This document shows positions 12,815 to 24,154 of a stretch of DNA of 64,000 nucleotides, piece after piece. Made by a program: the position numbers and the translations under genes. This stretch comes from Macrostomum lignano (lineage: Eukaryota): the NCBI GenBank assembly GCA_002269645.1, contig NIVC01000029.1:1240001-1304000 (forward strand), written 5' to 3'. The stretch's first letter is position 1, and every line of letters starts with the position of its first letter. A model generated the notes under the pieces. The model ran no database searches and had not been told where the DNA came from. It saw nothing but the letters and a program-made list of their open reading frames with translations.

Positions 12815-13425
12815 TCCAATCTCATCCCAGTCTTTGTAATCCCAAATCTTCCCATTCCAGAGTTTTTAATCCCAAATCTTCCCATCCCAGCCAGTTTTTG
12901 TAATCCCAAATCTCCCCCATTCCAGTATTTCTAATCCCAAATCTTCCCCATCCCAGTCTTTTAAATCCCAAATCTTCCCATCCCAGCATTTTTAATCCCA
13001 AATCTCCCCCATCCCAGTATCCCAGTATTTCCAACCCCAAATATTCCATTCCAGTATCCCAGTATTTCTAACCCCAAATCTCCCCCATCCCAGTATCCAA
13101 GTATTTCTAATCCCAATTCTTTCCCATCCCAGTCTTTTTAATCCCAAATCTTCCCATCCCAGCATTTTTAATCCCAAATCTCCCCCATCCCAGTATCCCA
13201 GTATTTCCAACCCCAAATATTCCATTCCAGTATCCCAGTATTTCTAACCCCAAATCTCCCCCATCCCAGTATCCAAGTATTTCTAATCCCAATTCTTTCC
13301 CATCCCAGTCTTTTTAATCCCAAATCTTCCCATCCCAGTATTTCTAATCTCAAATCTTCCCATCGCAGTCCGTGTAATCCCAAATCTTCCCATCTCAGTC
13401 TTTCTTATCCCAAATCTTCCACATC
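12815..13425. repeat. C-rich ~30-bp minisatellite (ATCCCAAATCTTCCCATCCCAGT...)
   Basis: Tandem copies with a higher-order duplication of ~176 bp. Confidence 0.9.
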
Positions 13426-13527
13426 CACGGCCCCCAATTTTTAACCTCCCCTATGCTACTGTCGGGCCTATCTCCAAGTAGTCTGTTGTGTATAATTATT
13501 TTTAAGTAAGCATTTAATAATTTTCAG

Positions 13528-16365
13528 CTGCGCATATTCTATCAGCGCCTGTGGGATCTGGCATTCGGCCAGCCAGATCCCGAGCATCACGAAGTTATCC
13601 TGCTCGTGTCACTGCTGTATTACAGCTGCGCTATGCTGCTTGGCAGAGGCTTGCGACACTGTGTTAGGCGCTTGATAACTCCGACACTGGGCAAATCTGT
13701 AGCCTCTTGTCTGTTGGATTTGGTTACTACTTTTCAGGTTGGTTGCAGATCTAACTTTTTGGTGGCAAATTTTGTTAGAATCCAATTTTGTGAAAGTCTC
13801 TAAGAAACTTCATAAATCCTCTGTAAGATTGAAGGATACATCATGAGAGTCTTTAACAATCTACAGTGAGAGTCTTTAGGAATCTACAGTCTACAGTGAA
13901 GAGTCTTGAAGAATTCACAGTGAGTCTTTAGGAATCTACAGTGAGAGTCTTTCAGAATCTACAGTCTACAGTGAAGAGTCTTGAAGAATTCACAGTGAGT
14001 CTTTAAGAATCTACAGTGAGAGTCTTTCAGAATCTACAGTGAGAGTCTTTCAGAATCTACAGTGAGAGTCTTTCAGAATCTACAGTGAGAGTCTTTCAGA
14101 ATCTACAGTGAGAGTCTTTAGGAATCAACAGTCTACAGTGAGAGTCTTGAAGAATTCACAGTGAGAGTCTTCAAGAACTCACAGTGCGTGTCTTCAGGAA
14201 TCCACTGAAAAACACATGAATTATCATAAAAGTAAGAAACTATGTAATTTAATTTTTTAGCTTTAACTCACTCAGAGAAGGTTGTAGCCCAGTGGTTAGA
14301 GCGTCAGACTCGCGGCTGAAAGGTCGGGGGTTCGAGTCTCGACCCACTTGGAACAATTCGTGTCCTTGAGCAAGGCACTTAACTCCGCATTGCTTCAGTT
14401 CACTCAGCTGTAAATGGGTGCCAGCATTAGCTGGGGTAATTGAGGGTGTGTGGCGACCCCCCCCCCTCAATCCTTGGACTGAACAGCCGTACGCAGCCTT
14501 CAGAGCCTTCGAAAATGCCAGATAAGCACTGATTGAAAGGAACTGTCACTCCTACATACGAGTATTGCCAATCGATATCGCCAAATCGCAGGTGTGCGCA
14601 TGCAGCTTAGAGAACGGCGTTATACGCAAGCACTACGGCATGCCTGCCTATCTGTGCACTTTACTGTTGCTAGGCGTCTGGCATTCGGGCACCTTAGGCG
14701 ACGCCTGCGGCAATCCTTGCGGCAGTTGGCGTCAATTCGTTTTAGGCAAAGCTCGCCTATCCGGCACTTTAATTAGAATGTCGCTACAGATGCTTGCCGG
14801 AGCGATGGCTTATCGATACGCCAGATGCTGCTGGTGGCGTTTAGGCCTGTCATCGGAGCACGAAATGCGCTATAGAATCACCGGGTGTTCCAGCGATTTA
14901 GCCGTCCCTGTTGGAGCAGGATTTTCTATTGAAGCCTTCGCTACGGGACTGGATCTACTGGTTGGATTGTGCGTGTTTAGTAGCGGACTGCGTTGGGAAC
15001 GATTCCAACCGTTAATTAAGGTGTTGATTAGTACTTTGCTTACTTATTGCGGTGAGTTGGACAGCTGCTGTCTAAAGGATTGGGAGGGTAGCGTGTCAAG
15101 GACCCCTTTAAGGATGGAGAGGATTGGGTTTCAAGGACCCCTAAAGGACCGGGAGGGTAGCGTGTCAAGGACCCCTAAAGGATCGGGAGACGGGAGGGTG
15201 TCAAGGACCCCTAAAGGATCGGGAGACGGGAGGGTGTCAAGGACCCCTAAAGGATCGGGAGACGGGAGGGTGTCAAGGACCCCTGAAGGATTGGTAGGGT
15301 AGCGTGTCAAGGACCCCTAAAGGATCGGGAGGGTAGGGTGTCAAGGACCCCTAAAGGATCGAGAGGGTAGCGTGTTAAGGACCCCTAAAGGATCGGGAGG
15401 GTAGCGTGTCAAGGACCCCTAAAGGATCGGGAGGGTAGCGTGTCAAGGACCCCTAAAGGATCGAGAGGGTAGCGTGTTAAGGACCCCTAAAGGATCGGGA
15501 GACGGGAGGGTGTCAAGGACCCCTAAAGGATCGGGAGACGGGAGGGTGTCAAGGACCCCTAAAGGATCGGGAGGGTAGCGTTTCAAGGACCCCTGAAGGA
15601 TCGGGAGACGGGAGGGTGTCAAGGACCCCTAAAGGATCGGGAGACGGGAGGGTGTCAAGGACCCCTAAAGGATCGGGAGGGTAGCGTGTCAAGGACCCCT
15701 GAAGGATCGGGAGACGGGAGGGTGTCAAGGACCCCTAAAGGATTGGTAGGGTAGCGTGTCAAAGACACATTTAAGGATGGGGAGGATTGGGTTTCAAGGA
15801 CCCCTAAAGGATCAGGAGGGTAGGGTTTCGAGGACCCCCTAAAGGATGAGAAGGATTGGGTCTCAAGGACCCCTAAAGGATCGGGAGACGGGGTGTCAAG
15901 GACCCCTAAGGGATCAGGCGAGTATGAAGAGTCATTCAACGCAAGGGTACAAGGACTCCTAGGACCATCTGAACTGAGACTTAGACTAGATATAGAACTT
16001 CATTATCTGGTTTGAATTCAGGCCTCCACCTAACCGGCATGTACGTGAATCCGGCCAACGCCACGGCTCAAACGTTCGGTTGCGAAGGCTCGCAACCGTG
16101 GGAGCACGTGACCGTCTATTGGCTGGGCCCGCTAGCCGGTGTCACCGGGGCGGTGCAGGCGCATCGGCGCTGGTTAGGCGGCCACCCGGCTGTCAAGTTG
16201 GACAGCGTGGCCGCTGACGTGGCCGGAGCCGCTCTGCGTTCATCAGATCGTCTAGTTCGACGGCGACTGTACAGCGACAACAACAGTACGGACTGTCTGG
16301 ATGCCGGAGTCGCAGCTGAGATGTCGGACTTGATAGAGACTTTAAAGGGTCAGAAACAGCTTTGA
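13528..16365 (+). CDS. Unorthodox aquaporin (AQP11/AQP12-like); exons 13528-13737, 14592-15051, 16022-16365
   Basis: LDLVTTFQ|VCACSLE junction, first motif NPC (ACGNPC), second motif NPA (GMYVNPA), VYWLGP. GT-AG phases are consistent; the start codon is unresolved. Confidence 0.88.
13845..14205. repeat. 23-bp minisatellite CTACAGTGAGAGTCTTTCAGAAT in aquaporin intron 1
   Basis: Tandem copies read directly. Confidence 0.9.
14278..14504 (+). mobile_element. tRNA-derived SINE, copy B (shorter 3' end)
   Basis: TGTAGCCCAGTGGTTAGAGC...GGTTCGAGTCTC...GTGTCCTTGAGCAAGGCACTTAAC...; homologous to 3845-4164 in opposite orientation. Confidence 0.75.
15075..15915. repeat. 34-36-bp minisatellite GTGTCAAGGACCCCTAAAGGATCGGGAG... 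in aquaporin intron 2
   Basis: More than 20 tandem copies. Confidence 0.95.
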
Positions 16366-16461
16366 CAGGGTTAGCCCTGAAGACAATTTGCTTCAGAGTG
16401 CACCTGGGTTCGATTCCCACTGTGCCAACTGTCGGCCAGTGTCGGGGCCAGGAACTTCGTG

Positions 16462-17190
16462 GAATTCAGGGGCAGTAATCCCTTTCTCCGGATTTCAGGG
16501 GGCAGTAATCCCTTTCTCCGGATTTCAGGGGGCAGTAATCCCTTTCTCCGGATTTCAGGGGGCAGTAATCCCTTTCTCCGGATTTCAGGGGGCAGTAATC
16601 CCTTTCTCCGGATTTCAGGGGGCAGTAATCCCTTTCTCCGGAATTTCAGGGGGCAGTAATCCCTTTCTCCGGATTTCAGGGGGCAGTAATCCCTTTCTCC
16701 GGATTTCAGGGGCCAGTAATCCCTTTCTCCGGAATTTCAGGGGGCAGTAATCCCTTTTTCCGGAATTTCAGGGGGCAGTAATCCCTTTCTCCGGATTTCA
16801 GGGGGCAGTAATCCCTTTCTCCGGATTTCAGGGGGCAGTAATCCCTTTCTCCGGAATTTCAGGGGGCAGTAATCCCTTTCTCCGGAATTTCAGGGGGCAG
16901 TAATCCCTTTCTCCGGAATTTCAGGGGGCAGTAATCCCTTTCTCCGGATTTCAGGGGGCAGTAATCCCTTTCTCCGGATTTCAGGGGGCAGTAATCCCTT
17001 TCTCCGGAATTTCAGGGGGCAGTAATTCTTTCTCCGGAATTTCAGGGGGCAGTAATCCCTTTCTCCGGAATTTCAGGGGGCAGTAATTCTTTCTCCGGAA
17101 TTTCAGGGGGCAGTAATTCTTTCTCCGGAATTTCAGGGGGCAGTAATCCCTTTCTCCGGAATTTCAGGGGGCAGTAATTCTTTCTCCGGA
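16462..17190. repeat. 30-31-bp minisatellite ATTTCAGGGGGCAGTAATCCCTTTCTCCGG(A)
   Basis: About 24 near-identical copies downstream of the aquaporin stop. Confidence 0.95.
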
Positions 17191-18468
17191 GTGGTGAGGG
17201 GGGGTGGGCAAGCCCTCCACTGGGTCTGGCTGCGTGTGCCGGGGTTGACAGCGGAGTGGGCACAGCGCCATGACTGCTTGCGAATTGCGGCGGTGACTTA
17301 GTCTCTTACGAACTATTTTTAGATTTTCAAATAATAGACTTACAAGTTCCTAAAAATGGAGTTAAATTGTTAAATATTTAGTAATTGCATTTTAGTTTGC
17401 TGTAATAATAATGCTTATTGTTTAACTGGTACCGGTTTGGACACAGGTTTTTGTGTGTTTACTATAATCGTTTACTACTACTATAATCGGCTTGAGGAAT
17501 CTTCGTCATACTTACGCGGCAGCTATTCAATTAACTTGGAGCGGTTATTCGTTGCTTTATATCTACTACTTGTGTCCTATTGTCTCTGTCCGTCTTTCTT
17601 GCCTCAGTGTGCGTATTTTAACGAATTAAGTTTTCGCGTGAATTCACAGTTTACTCTGCTGTTGTTTTTGGTGTTTCAGTTAAATACACTGCAATGCCAG
17701 GCCTTCAATGTTAAAAAATAAATTATTGAAACAAACAAATACAAAAAAGCCAACTCCAATGGAGCTGAATATTTTTCACTAAATTATTTTTTGGTCACTT
17801 TGCTGCAACAGACAACTTTATTTTTGCTTTAAAAAGTGTGGTCTATTTAATAAAGTATTGCTAAATCAGCCCAAGGACATTACAGCAGATACCGAGGAAT
17901 TTCATTTAGGGACTTGGGACAAAACTACACAATAATTAGATAATTTGGTACATTGTACAATACAACTAAAAGAGGCTACTAATTTATCAGTATTATTATG
18001 ACACGCAAAATTAATAGCTTGGTTATTATTATTATATTATATTATTATGGTTAAGTCACCGAGATATAATAATTAACTATTTTGACATTCGATTTGCAAG
18101 TAAATATTAAAATTGGTAATGAAAATAATAGTTAATAATAAAATAAAAAAGCATTCAAATTTTCAAGTCTAATTTTGGTCGGTTCCGCACACCAGTTATT
18201 TTTTGTGCAACCTTTTTAATGGTAAAACAAGCCTACTTACAGACAGTAATATAGTAGGTGAATAAACAGACCCCGAAAAATGCCAATTTGCTTCAATTTC
18301 TGTTCAATCCAGATTATTTAACTCACTTTGTTGCACTCGTTTGTCACAAACGCACACAGGAAGGGCTGCCTCAGATTGAACGAACAGGATGGAAAAAGAA
18401 CTATTGATGATAGATCAGGAAAAGGCTCCGAGAGCTTTTAGTAGCCGTTAGCGTCGATATTATAGAAT

Positions 18469-19737
18469 TCAGGACTTTGCCGACCCGCCAGAGTCGGCGG
18501 AACCCGAACGGGCCCGTTTCGGCGAGGGCGAAGCCGCTTCGGGGTCGCGGCTGCCGCTACGACTGCGCTTGGCGTCCACATCTTTCGAGGCGCTGCGGCT
18601 ACGGCTAGGGCTACGGCTAGCCTTGTTATCTTTAGAGCCGTTTTGAGCGGGACTGCGACTGTCAGCTTTCTCATTGACGGTGTCCTTTGAAGCGCTGCGA
18701 CTACGGCTACGAGAGCGGCTACGGCTATCGCGCTTCTTATCTTTAGATGCGCTACGGCTACGGCTTCGAGAGCGGCTACGGCTATCGCGCTTCTTATCTT
18801 TAGATGCGCTACGGCTACGGCTACGAGAGCGGCTACGGCTATCGCGCTTCTTATCTTTAGATGCGCTACGGCTACGGCTACGAGAGCGGCTACGGCTATC
18901 GTGCTTCTTATCTTTAGATGCGCTACGGCTACGGCTACGAGAGCGGCTACGGCTATCGCGCTTCTTATCTTTAGATACGCTACGGCTACGGGTACGAGAG
19001 CGGCTACGGCTATCGTGCTTTTTATCTTTAGATACGCTTCGGCTGTGACTGCGACGGCTGGATTTGGCTACGTTGTTTTTAGCTGGCGGCGAGCGGGAAC
19101 GGCTACGACTGCGGCTACGACTGCGGCTACGGCTAGGGGTTCGGCTACGACTGACGCTGCGACCGCGCCTGCGACTGCTGCGCCTGCGACTGCGACTTCT
19201 GCTGCGACTCCTGCTGCGACTGCGACTGTCGGCCGGGGCATCTTCTCGGAGCCTCAGCCGCTTGCCGTGCCACTCGTAGTCATGGTATTTCTCCAACGCT
19301 CGCCGAACATCCTCGCTAGTTTGAAACTCCACAACGCCTTCGCCCCGTGTTGACCGATGCGCGTCGGCGAAGGTGACCTCGCCAGCCCGGCGGAACAGGT
19401 CTTTGAGATCCTGCCAGCTGACTCCGGAGCTGAGGTTCTTCACGATCAGACGGTGCCGGGTGCGCACCGGCGGCCCGAACCGGTGATTGGACCGGGAACC
19501 TGGGGCGCCGGTCTTGGCGAATTCCAAAGCGACGCGTTCGCCGCACAGGTCGCGCCCGTCCAGATCTCTGACGGCGTCCTCGGCGTCTCGTGGCGATTCG
19601 AATTCAACAAAACCAAAGCCGCTTCGTAGCACAACTTCGCGAATGTCGCCGTAGCCGCGAAAGAATCGTTCGACATCCCGACGGCTGGCGCGGTCGGCCA
19701 CGCCGCCGAGGAACACGCGTCTGTAGCCGCGGGGCAT
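18469..19737 (-). CDS. SR splicing factor, SRSF4/SRSF5/SRSF6 (B52)-like; no intron in the CDS
   Basis: RRM1 (GFGFVEFESPRDAEDAV), RRM2 with SWQDLKD signature, long RS domain. ATG at 19737 (MPRGYRR). Confidence 0.95.
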   Translation of the reverse strand: MPRGYRRVFLGGVADRASRRDVERFFRGYGDIREVVLRSGFGFVEFESPRDAEDAVRDLDGRDLCGERVALEFAKTGAPGSRSNHRFGPPVRTRHRLIVKNLSSGVSWQDLKDLFRRAGEVTFADAHRSTRGEGVVEFQTSEDVRRALEKYHDYEWHGKRLRLREDAPADSRSRSRSRSRSRSRRRSSRRRGRSVSRSRTPSRSRSRSRSRSRSRSPPAKNNVAKSSRRSHSRSVSKDKKHDSRSRSRTRSRSVSKDKKRDSRSRSRSRSRSASKDKKHDSRSRSRSRSRSASKDKKRDSRSRSRSRSRSASKDKKRDSRSRSRSRSRSASKDKKRDSRSRSRSRSRSASKDTVNEKADSRSPAQNGSKDNKASRSPSRSRSASKDVDAKRSRSGSRDPEAASPSPKRARSGSADSGGSAKS

Positions 19738-19894
19738 GGCTGGCAATTGATTGGATTTGATTACAATTTAATTACAGCTGTCAATCAATCGTTTAGCTGA
19801 CGCTTTTGCACTGGATGCATGCATGGTTTGAAATTATTTCAGATAATAAGATGAGGATGTTTAAGGGGATTTGAAAATTGGGATCCATAAGCTG

Positions 19895-20400
19895 AAATGG
19901 GATTCGAATATGTGGGGATCTATAAACTGAGGGGTTTTGAATATGGGGATCTAAAAACTGACATGGGATTTGAATATGGGGATCTAAAAACTGACATAGG
20001 ATTTGAATATGGGGATCTAAAAACTGAGAGGGGATTTGAATATGGGGATCTAAAAACTGAGAGGGGATTTGAATATGGGGATCTAAAAACTGAGAGGGGA
20101 TTTGAATATGGGGATCTAAAAACTGAGAGGGGATTTGAATATGGGGATCTAAAAACTGAGAGGGGATTTGAATATGGGGATCTAAAAACTGAGAGGGGAT
20201 TTGAATATGGGGATCTAAAAACTGAGGGGTTTTGAATATGGGGATCTAAAAACTGAGAGGGGATTTGAATATGGGGACCTAAAAACTGACATGGGATTTG
20301 AATATGGGGATCTAAAAACTGACATAGGATTTGAATATGGGGATCTATAAACTGAGATGGGATTTGAGTTATTGAGTATATGGGGATCTATAAACAAAAA
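19895..20400. repeat. 33-bp minisatellite GAGAGGGGATTTGAATATGGGGATCTAAAAACT
   Basis: Tandem copies; explains the spurious ORF 19897-20235. Confidence 0.95.
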
Positions 20401-21244
20401 TGTGATTTGAACAATTAATGAGATCCATAAATTGAAAACGGGAATCGGATGCAGGATCTACGGGACTGGTTGAGGATCTGAAAAAAGTAAGAACACCAAA
20501 AGTAAATAATCTGGCACCCAAGCCAATAAAATAATCTTCTTCCACATCGCCAGTCCGCAGCCTGTTTACCAGCTTAAGTTGATAGTTAAAAACAGGAAAT
20601 CACATGTTATAAGCAATTAACAGTAGCACTACTTACAGTAGGAATTGACAGAAACAATCGTCAAAAGTTAATAAACACAGAAAGCTATTTTTTCAAATGA
20701 TAGATTAAAATTAATTATCTAAATTAACTTAAAACTCAGGCTTGTATCAGTGTCATACTACTTATAGCTTCATGATTCTAGTAGTGAACAAAATGCATAC
20801 ATATTACTTACTTACACACACAATAACAGCGCAGTAAGTAATGCGATTTCATAAATGAAACAACCCTATTCCATATATATACAACAATTAGTTAATTATA
20901 TTATAATTATATATATATTGTTAATTGTTATTGTTATTGTTATTGTTATTAAATAATTGTTGAATATATATAGAATAGGGTTGTTTCATTTATGAAATTT
21001 ATTAAATAATTGTTGATGCAAATTAAAGGGCAGCGTGCAGGAAATAAACAACGAAATAAAAGTACACTATTAAATCGATAGTTAAAGCCACGTCTGTTTA
21101 AGCTGTACATGATAATAATTAACAATAATCTGAACAAGTTCTTTTGATTTTACTGTCTAAATTTTAGCTAAAAATTAAAAAAATGACTGAATTGACAATG
21201 GAGGCAGACAGGACACAAGATTGTAGATTTGATGATTGGGATGT

Positions 21245-22080
21245 AATGGATCTACTTAGGACTGGGACTTGAGGATCGTGATCGATTTTGGATTTGGATT
21301 TGGGATCGGGATCTAATCGGGATTAGGATTTGGGATTGGGATCTACTTTGGATAGGGATTTGGGATCGGGATCTACTTAGGACTGGGACTTGAGGATCGT
21401 GATCGATTTTGGATTTGGATTTGGGATCGGGATCTAATCGGGATTAGGATTTGGGATTGGGATCTACTTTGGATAGGGATTTGGGATCGGGATCTACTTA
21501 GGACTGGGACTTGAGGATCGTGATCGATTTTGGATTTGGATTTGGGATCGGGATCTAATCGGGATTAGGATTTGGGATTGGGATCTACTTTGGATTGGGA
21601 TTTGGGATCGGGATCTACTTAGGACTGGGACTTGAGGATCGTGATCGATTTTGGATTTGGATTTGGGATCGGGATCTAATCGGGATTAGGATTTGGGATT
21701 GGGATCTATTTTGAATTGGGATTTGGGATCGGAATCTACTTTGGATTGGGATTTGGGATCGGGATCCACTTTAAATTGGGATTTGGGATCGGGATCTACT
21801 TTGGATTAGGATTTGAAATCGGGATCTACTTTGAATTGGGATTTGAAATCGGGATCTTAATTTGGATTGGGATTTAAGATCGGGATCCACTTTAGATTGG
21901 GATTTGGGATCGGGATCTACTTTGGATTAGGATTTGGGATCGGGATCTACTTTGGATTGGGATTTGGGATTGGGATCTACTTTGGATTGGGATTTGGGAT
22001 CGGGATCTACTTGAATTGGGATTTGGGATCGGGATCTAATTGAAACTGGAATTCGAGATTCGGGATCTACTTGGGATCAG
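21245..22080. repeat. 30-bp GGGATTTGGGATCGGGATCTACTTTGGATT minisatellite with ~120-bp higher-order repeat
   Basis: Tandem copies read directly. Confidence 0.95.
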
Positions 22081-22189
22081 AATTTTTGAATGGGGATAAG
22101 GGAAACCAGTTAGACGACACAAAATCAAATCGGAAGTTACCAATTTAAAACAAATAAACAAAAATGAGCAGAATATATAGATACACTAG

Positions 22190-22582
22190 TCAAGTGGCCG
22201 GCCTAGGCTTCAATATTAGCTTGCCGCTATCGTCGCAGGACATGTTGTACTCGGCCAGCACTAACCGCGTCCTGCTAGCCATGATAGACGGAGTGGCAAC
22301 TCTGTTGTGAGCGCCGGCGGCAAACAGCAGCACAGCAACTAGCAGCACCAGAAAGAAGAACGGGTGTCTGGCTAGCTGTTCGCAAACTGAAGTTGAACTG
22401 TAGGTCAGGGGGTCGCTAAGCCACATGCACGCGCTCACAATCAGCATTAGCAGCACCAGCACCCAGCCGTAGCGCCACAGTCTGGTGCTGGGTTGAAAAT
22501 GCGACATCACTTCTGTTAACCGACGCTCGAATGCTTTCAGATCTTCGTGCGTCTGCTCTTGGGTTAGGTGGGCAGTCTGCAT
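22190..22582 (-). CDS. CNEP1R1: Nuclear envelope phosphatase regulatory subunit 1 (TMEM188/Spo7-like)
   Basis: EDLKAFERRLTE, HPFF and LAEYNMSCDDSGKLILKPRP hallmark motifs; ATG 22582. Confidence 0.95.
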   Translation of the reverse strand: MQTAHLTQEQTHEDLKAFERRLTEVMSHFQPSTRLWRYGWVLVLLMLIVSACMWLSDPLTYSSTSVCEQLARHPFFFLVLLVAVLLFAAGAHNRVATPSIMASRTRLVLAEYNMSCDDSGKLILKPRPAT

Positions 22583-22704
22583 GTCTGCTATGGCTGACGC
22601 TGCGGCTACAGTACAGGAGGGCTGGGTTACAGTTGGCTGCAATTGGATGGCGATGTGTGATTTGTAGGGCGATTTGGGATCACTGATTTCATGTCTGAGT
22701 ATTG

Positions 22705-22755
22705 CAGACAGGCAGACAGACAGACACTGACACTAAGACAGACAGACAAGCACTA

Positions 22756-22812
<57 letters not shown>

Positions 22813-22835
22813 CTAAGACAGACAGACAAGCACTA

Positions 22836-22888
<53 letters not shown>

Positions 22889-23102
22889 CTGACACTAAGA
22901 CAGACAGACAGACACTAAGACAGACGGAGACAGACAGACAGACAGAGACAGACAGACAGACAGGCAAACCGACAGACAGACAGACAGACAGGCAGACAGA
23001 CAGACAGAGACAGACAGACAGACAGACAGACACTAAGACAGACGGAGACAGACAGACAGACAGAGACAGACAGACAGATAGACAGAGACAGACAGGCAAA
23101 CC

Positions 23103-23138
<36 letters not shown>

Positions 23139-23200
23139 GGCAGACCGACAGACAGACAGACAGGCAGACAGACAGACAGGCAGACCGACAGACAGACAGA
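22705..23200. repeat. (CAGA)n microsatellite, imperfect
   Basis: Read directly. Confidence 0.95.
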
Positions 23201-23554
23201 CAGGGCTTTCATATTCTATACAATTTTCTACAAGATACTTATGCAATGCACAAAAGAAATATATCCACTATTAATGTGAAAACGCTGACTGCACTGCTGA
23301 AGAAATGTATTTGTACATTAATAACAGGAAGTATTTACAATTAGCACCACGACAAAAACAATCTAAAAAACTGAGTTATTCAGAGACGTCTGATTGTCGT
23401 CTAATTACAGACTAGAAACTAAATGCAGAAAGAATCGAGTAAAATGAACCTATTTTTACAATCGATTTCTATCGATTGCTTAATTAAAAGCATTTCAATG
23501 ATTTGAAGCTAATATTCTAGTAGGTCTCGGAAGGTGGTCCTGTCTTTTAGACTG

Positions 23555-24118
23555 GAGATCTGGAAGGCTGCCCAGCAACTGAGGATCTGAGAGGCTGGCC
23601 CAGAAACTGAGGATCGGAGAGGCTGGCCCAACAACTGAGGATCTGGGAGGCTGGTCCAGCAACGAGGATCGGAGAGGCTGGCCCAGCAACTGAGAATCTG
23701 GGAGGCTGGTCCAGCAACTGCGAATCTGGGAGGCTGGTCCAGCAACTGAGAATCTGGGAGGCTGGCCCAGCAACTGAGAATCTGGGAGGCTGGCCCAGCA
23801 ACTGAGAATCTGGGAGGCTGGTCCAGCAACTGAGGATCTGGGAGGCTGGTCCAGCAACTGAGAATCTGGGAGGCTGGCCCAGCAACTGAGAATCTGGGAG
23901 GCTGGTCCAGCAACTGAGAATCTGGGAGGCTGGTCCAGCAACTGAGAATCTGGGAGGCTGGCCCAGCAACTGAGAATCTGGGAGGCTGGCCCAGCAACGA
24001 GGATCTGGGAGGCTGGCCCAGCAACTGAGAAGCTGGGAGGCTGGCCCAGCAACTGAGGATCTGGGAGGCTGGCCCAGCAACTGAGAATCTGGGAGGCTGG
24101 CACAGCAACTGAGGATCA
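23555..24118. repeat. 28-bp minisatellite GGAGGCTGGCCCAGCAACTGAGAATCTG
   Basis: About 20 copies; same unit at 63793-64000. Confidence 0.95.
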
Positions 24119-24154
24119 GGGAGAAAACAAAATGAAAGCTACATATAAAAGAAC

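Noticed and set aside
15075-17190. CRISPR-like arrays (applies to all 20-60-bp arrays)
   Set aside because: Units are directly tandem with no unique spacers, there are no cas genes, and the context is eukaryotic.
17511-17530. ATACTTAC resembling the U1 snRNA 5' end
   Set aside because: The downstream sequence does not match U1 stem-loops; it is just the reverse complement of a donor-like motif.
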